From Desulfomonilia bacterium (GTDB taxonomy: Bacteria > Desulfobacterota > Desulfomonilia > UBA1062): 64,000 nucleotides of DNA. Shown one piece after another: positions 16,951 through 27,149 of the stretch; positions within the stretch are counted from its first letter, which is position 1, and each line of letters begins with the position of its first letter. The DNA lies in contig JBEKDT010000010.1 of the NCBI GenBank assembly GCA_050014195.1, forward strand, positions 96,001 to 160,000, in the 5' to 3' direction. A program made the position numbers and the translations under genes. Under the pieces are notes generated by a model. It was not told the origin of the DNA. It saw only the letters and a list, made by a program, of their open reading frames with translations, and ran no database searches.

Positions 16951-17958
16951 TTACTTCTGCTTGAGCGAAGCGACATCAAGCGTCTTCAGCCATTCCATGG
17001 TTTGCCGGAACCCTTCCCGGTAGGTGATGCGGGGCTTCCAGCCCAACTCCCGTTCAGCCTTGTCAATGGAGAACCTGAATCTCGAACCCAGGTTAGTAAC
17101 AGTATAGGTAGTGAGCAAAGGACGCTTCAGGATGCGGAACAGCTTCCATATGAATTCCATCACCCTGGCCGCGGCCATGGCCGACCAATAGGGGATGTAG
17201 GTCTTGATGGGCGGCACACCCAGCGCTTCGGCTATTCCCGTGCAGAATTCCTCCAGGGTTGTCGACTCGCCGTCGTGCACGAGGTAGCCATTGCCGACAG
17301 CCCTTTCATCCTCAGAGATCAGCATCAGCAGGTCGACCAGGTTATCGATATAGGTGGGCCACACGATGGCGCCCTTACGCCAGAAGATCAGTTCCTTCTT
17401 GATAATTGCATCGGCAAGCAGCGGCACAAAGGTCTGGTCGCCCTCGCCGAATACCCACAGCGGGTAGACCATGGCCAGCGGCAATCCCTGCTCCTCGTGG
17501 TACCTGCGCATGACCTTCTCGGCATCTATCTTGGAATCAGCATAGGGTTCGCCCCAGTATTGCAGCGGCAAACTTTCATCCATCACCTTCGACTCGTCCG
17601 TGCCGAACACGTCGCAGGTGCTGATATCCACCAGGCGGGACACCTTCGCGTCAACGGCCGCCCGGCAAATATTCTCAGCGCCGCCCACCGTGACCTCCCA
17701 GAACAGCTTCTTGGGCGCCCAGTCGGTAACTACCGCCGCAGTATGGAAGATGATATCCATGTCCCCTACCGCGCGCCTGACCGCTTCGTAATCGCGGATG
17801 TCGCCGTTGACGACCTCCACACCCTGCCCTTTCAACCAGGCCTCACCGGCATCGCCCGGCAGCACCAGCGCGCGAACCCTGTTGCCCTTTGCCAGGTTCG
17901 CTTTTACTACATGCCGTCCGATGAATCCTGTAGCTCCGGTTATTAAAACCCTTTTCAT
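16951..17958 (-). CDS. NAD-dependent epimerase/dehydratase (3-beta-HSD-like extended SDR)
   Basis: 'LITGATGFIG', 'FHTAA', 'YADSK'. Confidence 0.85.
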   Translation of the reverse strand: MKRVLITGATGFIGRHVVKANLAKGNRVRALVLPGDAGEAWLKGQGVEVVNGDIRDYEAVRRAVGDMDIIFHTAAVVTDWAPKKLFWEVTVGGAENICRAAVDAKVSRLVDISTCDVFGTDESKVMDESLPLQYWGEPYADSKIDAEKVMRRYHEEQGLPLAMVYPLWVFGEGDQTFVPLLADAIIKKELIFWRKGAIVWPTYIDNLVDLLMLISEDERAVGNGYLVHDGESTTLEEFCTGIAEALGVPPIKTYIPYWSAMAAARVMEFIWKLFRILKRPLLTTYTVTNLGSRFRFSIDKAERELGWKPRITYREGFRQTMEWLKTLDVASLKQK

Positions 17959-18110
17959 GTCTCAACCTCTCACTGTTATGATTGCGCCCATATTATATTT
18001 ATATCAATGTACTGCTAAAAAACAAATTATGCTCATTCATGCGCATATATATTACTGTAAATCTCTGAATGGTTTTACTGAAAGGAAGAGTTGAATATTA
18101 CAGGAGAAAC

Positions 18111-18134
18111 ATGGTCGGCCGCATAGGATTTGAA
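18111..18134 (-). mobile_element. att-like duplicate of the tRNA-Val 3' end
   Basis: atggtcggccgcataggatttgaa vs 19787-19810 (23/24). GTGAATGA tandem repeat at 18176/18187. Confidence 0.85.
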
Positions 18135-18285
18135 GTATCGCTTACCCGCACCAGGCCTGAATCTTAGGGCTGCTCGTGAATGACCTGTGAATGAGTGATA
18201 GGATTCAGTAAAAGACATAACTCCGCCTCTGAAGTTTGATGCGGAACACCAAACTTCAGAGGCGGGCTTTGGGTATGTTGTTACA

Positions 18286-19449
18286 TTAAAAGTTGCGACC
18301 GTATTGTTCGTGGGCTGAAACCCAATGTTTTCCAATTATTGCGCTCATAAGAGAGAGTTCACCGCATAAAGCTGTTGCAGCGATAATTTCCGCCAGTTTT
18401 TTAGCTTTATCTTTCCCGACACAGCCGATAATTTTACGACATTCAGTCTGGGTCGGAAGACCAGTACCCCCTCCAAATGTTCCTGCAATAAGTGACGGAA
18501 TTGTAAGAGAGTAATAGTAGCTACCATCAGGGAGCAGGTCTGCATAAAGTAAAGCGGCTGATGATTCAGCAACATTGGCGACATCCATCCCGCACGCTAT
18601 AAACATTGCAGTAATGCCATTCGCGGAGTGTTGACCGTTATTATTTGAACCTGCGAGGATCGCTCCGGTATTGGCTATATTTCTCATTCGCATTAAATAA
18701 TTAGGGGGCATGGTACTCATGTTGGTGATTGCTTCGGCCGGGATTGTAACCTCGGCGATAACCCTTTTACCCCTTGTGTGGAGAGAGTTCATGAATGAGT
18801 GTTTTTTATCAGTATCAATATTCCCGGAGAGCATATAATCTTTTATGTCGGGATAAATACTCTTCATCCATTCACAGACGGCAAAGGTGGCTTTCCCTAC
18901 CATATTCTGCCCGGCAGCGTCCCCTGTTAAATAGTTAAAGCGGGTATAGATCAATTTTCCTACAGCATACTGCTCGATATTTCTCATCGTGCAAAAGGGG
19001 TCGGTACCCTCCGCCTTTGCCTTAATCTCCGCAAAGTTAGTTTTCAGCCACTGTCCGAACTTTTGCGCCTCTCTAGCGCTCGCAAAAACGAAAACCGGGG
19101 CTCGATTCATACACTCATCAACAATTGTTGTGGTTACCCCTCCGCTAAGGTGACAGAGCCTCATCCCGCGATTATAACTTGCAACAAGCGTCCCTTCCGT
19201 TGTCGCCAGAGGTACATAAAATTCTCCATACGCATATTGACCATTTATTTTTAGAGGGCCGGCCAATCCCACGGGGATCTGGGCGACACCGATAAAATTT
19301 TCAAGGTTATTTTTTAGAATCTGCGGATCAAAGGAATAATGAGAAAGATGTTCAATTTCAACGCCGGTCTCCTGTTTAATAAATGCTCGTCTTTCTGCTG
19401 CCATTTCATTTGTGTAATTATTCTCTTTTGATCTTGGTATGTTAGCCAT
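18286..19449 (-). CDS. Hydroxymethylglutaryl-CoA reductase (class I-like)
   Basis: 'ENFIG', 'PLATTEGTLVAS', 'TGDAAGQNM', 'DTDKK', 'GTFGGGT', C-terminal catalytic His. Confidence 0.9.
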   Translation of the reverse strand: MANIPRSKENNYTNEMAAERRAFIKQETGVEIEHLSHYSFDPQILKNNLENFIGVAQIPVGLAGPLKINGQYAYGEFYVPLATTEGTLVASYNRGMRLCHLSGGVTTTIVDECMNRAPVFVFASAREAQKFGQWLKTNFAEIKAKAEGTDPFCTMRNIEQYAVGKLIYTRFNYLTGDAAGQNMVGKATFAVCEWMKSIYPDIKDYMLSGNIDTDKKHSFMNSLHTRGKRVIAEVTIPAEAITNMSTMPPNYLMRMRNIANTGAILAGSNNNGQHSANGITAMFIACGMDVANVAESSAALLYADLLPDGSYYYSLTIPSLIAGTFGGGTGLPTQTECRKIIGCVGKDKAKKLAEIIAATALCGELSLMSAIIGKHWVSAHEQYGRNF

Positions 19450-19787
19450 CGTACACTCCTTTCATGGTGAATTTAATTTATTTTCACATATTATAAAATG
19501 TGAATATTCATTATTAACTTATAAACATATAATATATTAACTATTTTATCAAGAAAAATTGCGGCGTATTTGCCGATATTTGCAGTAGAACTCCTCTAAT
19601 TAAATTAAGATATTTTAATTTAGACTTAGCAAGTTACATACCAAAGAGCTTTATTGAAAAGAATAATAAACATATAAGGTTACATGAGGCCTGAAATCAC
19701 ATAATGTGAATAAAAGGTAATAAATTTCCATAATATGTGAAATATTATTCAGTTAACCATCATATGAATGTTATATCATTGAAAAGA

Positions 19788-19862
19788 TGGTGGGCCGCAT
19801 AGGATTTGAACCTATGACTTCTACCGTGTGAAGGTAGCGCTCTCCCCCTGAGCTAGCGGCCC
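19788..19862 (-). tRNA. tRNA-Val (CAC)
   Basis: GGGCCGC...CTACC-TT-CAC-AC-GGTAG...ATAGG-TTCAAAT-CCTAT-GCGGCCC-A-CCA cloverleaf. Confidence 0.97.
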
Positions 19863-19989
19863 GAGCCAATGCGAAAATCTATACCGTCCACCCCAAAAGG
19901 TGTCAAGCAGAATATCCTGCTGATTAAGAATGATTTATTGTTGGGATCAATCAAAATAATATGTAATTACATTAATCTAACCGTATGAG

Positions 19990-21594
19990 TCAGGGGCCCG
20001 GGACACGCAGAAGGCAAAGGTCATTCGTTTGTTTTACAATTGCGAGCAAGGGCATCATTTTACGCAAGTTAGGGATGTTATCCTTGTCGGTAAGGCAGTA
20101 AATATTCTTATCCGTTTTCATGGAGGCGGCCAGCTCATCGGCCGTGATGACAACACCTTTTCCTAAGTTGTGTTTGATGCCGAATTCAAGTTCACCCACG
20201 CTCTCGACGAGTCCGACCTGCCTTTGTGAGTAGAAACTTGAGCTCTGGCAGTACCCCCTGTACGCATAAAGTTTTGCAGATGAAGGCAAATCCTGAACAA
20301 GAGATTTTGTGGAACGCAGTGAATCCCACCTAGGGGCAAAGGTGATAGCCAGGATCATAATGGCCATTCCCATCATGGCAAGACCAAGGGCATTATCATA
20401 TTTTCTGCCAAGCCAGATCCCTATGACCGTAGCAAAGATAAGGATTGCACCGGCCATTGTCCCGATAGGGATAAGCGGTATGGCGCCTTCTGATGAAATG
20501 TGCACTATCCCATGCGATTGCAAGACAGGGAAGAGGACCAGAATTACACCCATGCATAACCAGAGAATGCCTGTGAGGTTGAGCGGCAAGCCTCCTTTTT
20601 TTGGAGATCCTTTGCATGCATATCCCAGCATAAGGGACAGCGGCGGAAAACAGGGAAGCACATAGGTGGCGAGCTTTGAATGCGATGGTGTGAAGAAGAG
20701 AAAGATGAGGGAAAACCATACGACAATATAGAGTACCTCTTTCGGCATTTTATTCTTCCATATCTCCTTGACGGCAGAAGGCAGCAGGAATGTCCACGGG
20801 AGCGCGCCACCCAGGATCACCGGCACAAAGTAGAAGAATGGCTGGTAACGTTCAGAGGAGGAGGTGTATCTCTCCAGGTTTTGATTTATGAAAAAGAATG
20901 AGAAGAAGTCGGGGTTTTTGATGCTTACGAGGATAAACCAGGGAGATGCAATGGCAAGCAGCAGCAAGATGCCTGAGACCGGCCTCGATTCCCTGATGAG
21001 GGAGAATTGCCTTGAAAGGAGTATGTATATGCAAATGGACCCGAGGGGCAGGATGACCCCGATGGGACCTTTGGTCAGGGTTGCAAGGGCCATGGAAGCC
21101 CAGGAGAGAAGGATGTAGAGAGTATTCTTTTCTTTATGGCCGAGCCAGAAAAACACGAGGGCAGAGGTGATGAATAAGGCAAGCGGCATATTGATATCCA
21201 CCGCACTTGCAAGGAAGAAGTATTCAAGAGATGTAATGAGGCTTAGGGCTGCAACCAGACCGGCCCTTCTTCCCCACAATTTCCAGGCCATGAGCCCGAC
21301 AAGGGCAACCCCTCCGAGGGCCGAAACAAGGGGGATTACGTGAGCCGAGCCTTCAGAAACACCGAATATCTTGAAGCTGAGGGCTTCGAGCCACATGAAA
21401 AGCATGGGTTTCTCAAAATACAGGAGGAAATTGAGATGGGGGGTGACCCAGTCGTGGAGCGCCAATATCTCACGGGCCATCTCGGCATACCTGCCTTCAT
21501 CAGGGTCCCACAGGGCCCGGCCGCTTAAGCTTAAGGAAAGGATGGCTGCAGAGGCTATCAGCATCCACGTAAGGTATCTCTCATGATGGTTCAT
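19990..21594 (-). CDS. ArnT/PMT-like glycosyltransferase (GT83/GT39-type)
   Basis: 'LWDPDEGRYAEMAREI', 'YFEKP', 'LTKGP', 'SKLATYVLP', multi-TM. Confidence 0.85.
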   Translation of the reverse strand: MNHHERYLTWMLIASAAILSLSLSGRALWDPDEGRYAEMAREILALHDWVTPHLNFLLYFEKPMLFMWLEALSFKIFGVSEGSAHVIPLVSALGGVALVGLMAWKLWGRRAGLVAALSLITSLEYFFLASAVDINMPLALFITSALVFFWLGHKEKNTLYILLSWASMALATLTKGPIGVILPLGSICIYILLSRQFSLIRESRPVSGILLLLAIASPWFILVSIKNPDFFSFFFINQNLERYTSSSERYQPFFYFVPVILGGALPWTFLLPSAVKEIWKNKMPKEVLYIVVWFSLIFLFFTPSHSKLATYVLPCFPPLSLMLGYACKGSPKKGGLPLNLTGILWLCMGVILVLFPVLQSHGIVHISSEGAIPLIPIGTMAGAILIFATVIGIWLGRKYDNALGLAMMGMAIMILAITFAPRWDSLRSTKSLVQDLPSSAKLYAYRGYCQSSSFYSQRQVGLVESVGELEFGIKHNLGKGVVITADELAASMKTDKNIYCLTDKDNIPNLRKMMPLLAIVKQTNDLCLLRVPGP

Positions 21595-21670
21595 ATGCAG
21601 TTAATGATATAGTTTGGTGGGATTATAAAAGTCAAACCGGATCTTCACGTGCGGTTTGTCGGCAAGCCGA

Positions 21671-23602
21671 TTATTCCAAGGGAATGGAAAAATAGAAAAC
21701 CGACCCTTGCCCGAGTTTGGATTTCAGCCAGATGTCCCCACCCATCACGGCCAGCGCTTTTTTCACTATGGCAAGGCCGATGCCCGTTCCTTCCACATGG
21801 TCGTTCGATGCCCGGTAAAAGATTTCAAAAATATTACTCGTATGTTCATCTGATATCCCGGAGCCGTTGTCCTTTACGGAAAAGACATGCATCTTGGCCT
21901 GTGGCTGATATCCGATGAAGATTTGAAGCTTCCTGCCTGACTGGGCATATTTGATGGCATTCGAGATGAGGTTGCTGAATACCTGAATCACCCTGATCTT
22001 GTCCGCCTTGATCTTGGGCATTTCATTCTCGATGACGATTGTGCCTTTCTTCTCATCAAGCTGATCGGCTACTTCCATTATGATGTCGTCGATGATCTCC
22101 TGAATGAAAAACTCCTCTTTCTTGAGCTTCAGATTCTCGACGGCAGAGAGTGTGAGGAGATTCGTGACAAAAGACTCCATGTGCCTGCCGCTTTCATGTA
22201 TTGCCTCGATGTACTGGTTCTCTTTGTCGGATAGTTTTTTGGCTGCCGATTTGATGAACCGCTCACAGAAACCGTTTATGGCGATAATCGGATTTTTAAG
22301 GTCGTGAGATACGGTGGAAACGAGCGTCCTGAGTTCCTCATTGCGCTGCCGTATGAGGTTAAGGGCATCCTGGAGCTCATTGGTGGTCTTTGATATCTCC
22401 TGAAACAAGAGGATGTTCTCAATGACCGTGCCCATGTGGACCCCAATGGTGATGAGCAGTCTCTCATCCTCGGGTGATATGATACGCTGGCCGAAGGAGC
22501 CGATGTTCATGGCGCCGATGAGGCGTGTCCTTGACTGGAGGGGGATTGATGCAAATGATCGTATACCTTGTTTCCTGAATGCAGTTGAGCTGATGCGCGG
22601 ATCTAAAGATGCATTCTCAATAATTATGGGGGTACCGCTTTGGGCAACCCTGCCCGCAATACCTTCACCAATCTTGAGCTCTTTAACGGTCTGTATGACC
22701 TCATCTGCGATGCCGTGGGCATATGCACACCTTAAAACCTTTTTCTTCTCATCAAGAAGATAGATAAGCCCCGCCTCGATGTTCATGATCTGCAGGACCT
22801 GGTCAAGAGTGTTCTGAAGAACCTCATCGAGATCAATGGACGAGGAGAGCGTCGTGGATATGGTGTTGATGGCAGACAGATCCTGGTTCTGCCGGAGCAG
22901 CCTCTTCTGCAGGAGCATCTTTTCCGTTACATCCCGGAGCATGGCAATAGAGGTGCCCGGTCTGTCCTCGATGAAGTGAAAGTTGCCCTCCAGTATCTTC
23001 TGACCCTTCGTGGTGTTTATTACTATTTGAGTAAAAAATTGCTTGGCATATTTTTTTCGTAAATTTGCCAGATCATTTCTGCCTTTATCATCCACAAGGT
23101 CGAAGATCGATTTGCCGAGGATATCATCCTGTCCCGTCTCAATTATGTTTGTGAATGCAGGGTTGGCAAAGGTTATGAACCCATGGTTCATAATAATGAT
23201 AGCGTCGGGTGCATCTTCGATGAGTTTGCCGTATCTCCCATCGCGTGCGAGGCTTCCGCTTACGAAATCACCCAGGAGCACAAAGAGTGAATTCAGCCTA
23301 TACCCTGTTATGTTGATAAATCCCGATACCTTGACCCGAGGAGAACTAAGCGTTTCTACGATCAATGAGAAGGGTTTATTCGTCTCGATGAGCCCTTTAA
23401 GCCTATTTTCAAGCCTATCGTCTACAAGAAATTTATGGATGAGCTCATAGAGCGATTTACCTACAAAGGGAAGTTCGGACTGTTCAATATTAGTTTCAAG
23501 GAGCTTGTTGATGTATATGACCGTTCCGCTCGAGTCGAATGCGCACACGGTAAAAGGTGCAGCATCGAAAACGGCCTTAACCTGCTCGAAATGCTTATTC
23601 AT
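21671..23602 (-). CDS. PAS/GAF sensor histidine kinase
   Basis: PAS and GAF segments, H-box 'VSHDLKNP', 'NLISNAIKY', 'DNGSG', 'GTGIGL'. Confidence 0.92.
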   Translation of the reverse strand: MNKHFEQVKAVFDAAPFTVCAFDSSGTVIYINKLLETNIEQSELPFVGKSLYELIHKFLVDDRLENRLKGLIETNKPFSLIVETLSSPRVKVSGFINITGYRLNSLFVLLGDFVSGSLARDGRYGKLIEDAPDAIIIMNHGFITFANPAFTNIIETGQDDILGKSIFDLVDDKGRNDLANLRKKYAKQFFTQIVINTTKGQKILEGNFHFIEDRPGTSIAMLRDVTEKMLLQKRLLRQNQDLSAINTISTTLSSSIDLDEVLQNTLDQVLQIMNIEAGLIYLLDEKKKVLRCAYAHGIADEVIQTVKELKIGEGIAGRVAQSGTPIIIENASLDPRISSTAFRKQGIRSFASIPLQSRTRLIGAMNIGSFGQRIISPEDERLLITIGVHMGTVIENILLFQEISKTTNELQDALNLIRQRNEELRTLVSTVSHDLKNPIIAINGFCERFIKSAAKKLSDKENQYIEAIHESGRHMESFVTNLLTLSAVENLKLKKEEFFIQEIIDDIIMEVADQLDEKKGTIVIENEMPKIKADKIRVIQVFSNLISNAIKYAQSGRKLQIFIGYQPQAKMHVFSVKDNGSGISDEHTSNIFEIFYRASNDHVEGTGIGLAIVKKALAVMGGDIWLKSKLGQGSVFYFSIPLE

Positions 23603-23608
23603 GCCTTT

Positions 23609-24229
23609 TTAGTCGATCTCGATATATTCTCTGGGGTTTAAGACCCGGACGTCACACGAGCATAACTTCGCAAACTTCTCGGCATCTTTCCTTGTACCCG
23701 CCACCTCTCCATAATGAATCGGGATGGCATAGGTGGTTTTCATGTCTTTCAAGGCTTCACTCGCCTCACGTGCGTCCATGGTAAAGGTTCCTCCCACTGA
23801 AATAAGAACGACATCCACGGCTATACCCTTCATCTCGGGTATCCTGTCCGTATCACCTGAATGGTAAATTGTTTTGCCGTCGATGGTTACTATATAACCT
23901 ACCCACCCTTTTGCCTTAGGGTGAAAGGCCTTTTCCAGATTATAGGCAGGTATGGCCCGTATGGATACACCCTTGATGGAAAGTGATGTGCCGGGTGTAA
24001 TTAAGTCCGTCACAACAGGTGCGGACATTGGGGCTACAACATGTGTGTCGGCATCCGATATGATCTTCACATCTTCTTCAGAGTAATGGTCGTAATGATC
24101 ATGCGTGAGCAGCACGATATCCGCGCGCCCAGGAGACTTCCCGATCTTCCAGGGATCAATGTAGACGGTGGCGGAAGCTCCTGTTATCTTGATACCGGCA
24201 TGGCCTAGCCATGTAATGCGTACCGTCAT
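23609..24229 (-). CDS. MBL-fold metallo-hydrolase
   Basis: 'WLGHA', 'THDHYDH', 'YHSGDT', 'PIHYG'. Confidence 0.9.
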   Translation of the reverse strand: MTVRITWLGHAGIKITGASATVYIDPWKIGKSPGRADIVLLTHDHYDHYSEEDVKIISDADTHVVAPMSAPVVTDLITPGTSLSIKGVSIRAIPAYNLEKAFHPKAKGWVGYIVTIDGKTIYHSGDTDRIPEMKGIAVDVVLISVGGTFTMDAREASEALKDMKTTYAIPIHYGEVAGTRKDAEKFAKLCSCDVRVLNPREYIEID

Positions 24230-24358
24230 GGAGCACCTCCTGAGAAGCATGGAACAATTAAAAATCGTTATGCACTATCCTTATTGTAATAATACAAAAG
24301 CCCGGTATCCGTTTCAATGGGTATTTCCGGGAAATATGCGGCAATTCATGCGTCACTC

Positions 24359-24754
24359 TCAAAACGCCCCTAGCTGGCATGGTGTGATCTTTATGTTCAG
24401 TGCATCGGCTGCATTGCCTGCCTCCGCACGGATAATTCCGGTTGTATCTGCAATTTCCCAGAGCCTTGCACAGGAGATCCTGCCCTCACCGGAATCTTTT
24501 TTGATAAGATCAAGCACGTCCTGGCTTACTTCCACTTTCCTGCCGGTTATCTTGTAGGCAGACTTCCCCTTCCTGCCGTAACCGAATAGGCCGAGCTGGC
24601 ATTGGTACAACCGTACTCCCGTTTCAGTTGCAAACCTACCGACTTCAAGGGGGTCAAGTTTGAGATAGGCAGCTATATAGTGCGCCACAGCGCAGGGAAG
24701 CTTGTCCCTTTCGGGATATATCTCCATCATTTCTTTGATTGTCCGGGACGTCAT
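24359..24754 (-). CDS. Conserved hypothetical protein (duplicated Cys-containing module)
   Basis: 'LPCAVA...CQLGLFG' repeated as 'ISCARL...CQLGAF'. AAGGAGG SD. Confidence 0.75.
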   Translation of the reverse strand: MTSRTIKEMMEIYPERDKLPCAVAHYIAAYLKLDPLEVGRFATETGVRLYQCQLGLFGYGRKGKSAYKITGRKVEVSQDVLDLIKKDSGEGRISCARLWEIADTTGIIRAEAGNAADALNIKITPCQLGAF

Positions 24755-24771
24755 AGTTATCCTCCTTAGAT

Positions 24772-26898
24772 CTAAATTACCATAAGCGCATCCGCTACGA
24801 AAGGCTTGCCGTCTACTATGATAATAGGGTTCAGGTCGATCTCCTTGATCTGAGGAAATTGAGCGGCTACATGCCCCAAGGCAATAAGTATGTCTGCAAC
24901 GGCTTCTTTATCAACAGGTTTCATGCCGCGATACGCACCTAAGGCCTTGTTGGCGGAGATACCATCAAGCATCTCAAATGCATCGCTCCTGGTCAAAGGC
25001 GCAAGGCGGAGAGATATGTCGTCAATGGCCTCTGCAAATACACCGCCCAGGCCGAACAATACGCATGGTGGAAAACCCGCGTGACGGCTTATGCCTGCTA
25101 TAAACTCGCGGTCGCCCTTGAGCATTTCTGCCACGAGGAGCATCGAGTCATGGTCTTTTGCCCTGAGGGTATGATATGCCTCTATGAGTTCATGCTCATT
25201 TTTCAGATTGAGCCTAACCATTCCGAACTCGGTCTTGTGGGTGATCTTTGAAGAGCAGACCTTGAGCACTACCGGATAGCCGTTTTTTTCAGCATTTGCC
25301 TTCACCTCATCAAGGTTATAGGCAAGGGCCTCTTTGGCAGTGGGTACCCCATATGCACGAAGTATCCCCTTTGCCAAAAACTCATCGATTCCGGTCTCAA
25401 CGGATTGTTGCATCAATCGTAAGGCCTCATCAGGGGCCGTGTCGTTTACGGGGGGCCTTTCAATGGGCCTGTTCCTGAATAGCAGATATGTATAAAAAGC
25501 GCTCATGGCCCTGGCAGCCTTTTCGGGTGCATCAAAGGTAGGGATGCCTTTTGTGTGGAAGGTTTGGATACAGTTGTCCTCCCTGCCGAAGAAGGAGGAG
25601 ATAAGGAGAGGCTTGCCATAACGCTCGGGCATGGCTACAAGCTCATCCATGCTTAGTTTTCTCATGCCTATCACTTTTTCTTTTGACACGTTCACAAACC
25701 TGCTGACAGCAGGGTAAAGAAGCTCCATGAATGCCGTGTCCACAATTCCGTGGATAATTATTCCATCCACCTCGTCAGACTCAAAGAGCAACCTTGGGAT
25801 CTCTTCGGTAAGGGCCTTCATGTCCACATGAAATGTGAGATCGACCGGATTGTGGGCGCTTGCTTGCGAGGGCAGGAATTGTGAGACTTTTTCCTGTAGT
25901 ATGGGGGAAAATTCTCTCACCTCAAGCCCCAGTCGATCGCAGGTGTTGGCAATCCCTGTTCCGGGGCCGCCGGAATTTGTCAGCACGGCAATGCGCCTGC
26001 CTTTAATCCTCGGCTGGGAGGCAAGAGCCCAGCCCACCTTGTACACCTCCTCAATGCTCTCCACGCCGATTACGCCGGCCTGTTCAAACAATGCCGTATA
26101 GAGGTGATCGGGACCGGAGAGGGCACCGGTGTGACTCGATCCCGACCGTGCGCCCGCCTCTGTCCCTCCGACATACTGGGCCACTATCGGTTTAATCCGG
26201 CTCACACGGGTTGCGACCTCAAGGAAACGGGAGGCGTCTTTGATCCCCTCGATGTACAATCCAATGGCCCTGGTGGTTTCATCCTGCCCCAGATATTCGA
26301 TACAGTCGATGATGTCGATGTCCGCCTCGTTCCCCACGCTGATGGCCTTGCTCATCACAATGCCGTTCTTATGCAGATAAGAGACCACTTGTGCGATATA
26401 CGTACCGCTCTGGGATGCAAGGCCGAGCTTCCCATTATAGTCCTGGATGGGGCCTACCGTGATGTTCAAAGGCAGATGGGTGTTTACTATCCCGAGGCAG
26501 TTGGGGCCAAGAAAACGGATGCCGTAGTGTTTTGCTTTTTCTATCAGGACCTTCTCAAGGGCCCCGCCCTCTTCTCCTGTCTCCTTGAAGCCTGCACTGA
26601 CAATGATCATATGTCTCGTACCAAGCTTGCCGAAATCTTCAACCATATCAGGGACGAGCCGGGTTGGGACTACGAGCACTGCAACATCAGGGGCATAAGG
26701 GAGATCCGCTATTGTCTGATAAGCCTTCTTGCCCAGCACGACTTTTTCTTTTGGATGGATCGGCAGGACCTCACCTGGAAAACCATTCGTGATGAGATTC
26801 AGGCATTGAATCGTGCCCATGGTTGTAAAGTTGTTGCTTGCGCCGGCAATGGCTATGGATGCGGGGTTCATGAGGTTTTCAATGGGGTTGCCTGCCAT
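24772..26898 (-). CDS. ADP-forming acetate/acyl-CoA ligase (fused alpha/beta)
   Basis: 'GPNCLG', 'SQSG', 'SHTGAL', 'NPVDL', ATP-grasp 'EIDLNP'. Start taken at the ATG after GGAGG. Confidence 0.9.
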   Translation of the reverse strand: MAGNPIENLMNPASIAIAGASNNFTTMGTIQCLNLITNGFPGEVLPIHPKEKVVLGKKAYQTIADLPYAPDVAVLVVPTRLVPDMVEDFGKLGTRHMIIVSAGFKETGEEGGALEKVLIEKAKHYGIRFLGPNCLGIVNTHLPLNITVGPIQDYNGKLGLASQSGTYIAQVVSYLHKNGIVMSKAISVGNEADIDIIDCIEYLGQDETTRAIGLYIEGIKDASRFLEVATRVSRIKPIVAQYVGGTEAGARSGSSHTGALSGPDHLYTALFEQAGVIGVESIEEVYKVGWALASQPRIKGRRIAVLTNSGGPGTGIANTCDRLGLEVREFSPILQEKVSQFLPSQASAHNPVDLTFHVDMKALTEEIPRLLFESDEVDGIIIHGIVDTAFMELLYPAVSRFVNVSKEKVIGMRKLSMDELVAMPERYGKPLLISSFFGREDNCIQTFHTKGIPTFDAPEKAARAMSAFYTYLLFRNRPIERPPVNDTAPDEALRLMQQSVETGIDEFLAKGILRAYGVPTAKEALAYNLDEVKANAEKNGYPVVLKVCSSKITHKTEFGMVRLNLKNEHELIEAYHTLRAKDHDSMLLVAEMLKGDREFIAGISRHAGFPPCVLFGLGGVFAEAIDDISLRLAPLTRSDAFEMLDGISANKALGAYRGMKPVDKEAVADILIALGHVAAQFPQIKEIDLNPIIIVDGKPFVADALMVI

Positions 26899-27149
26899 GT
26901 ATCCTCCTATTTTATTATGAGAGAATTCAGTAGGTGTCTCAGCGGTATTGTATATGTCATTCACTGAAATACCATAAAATTGCGGATAAAATCCAGCTAA
27001 CATCTGCGCAATGTGCATGTTCACTTTTAAGAAAATATTCAACAATATTCCCAAACGCCCCTTTAGCAATGGCCATTCATGCCGATGAGAGATTTGTCGG
27101 CAACAATGCTTGACGAATAAGAAGGGCACACATGGGCTTTGAATCGAGC

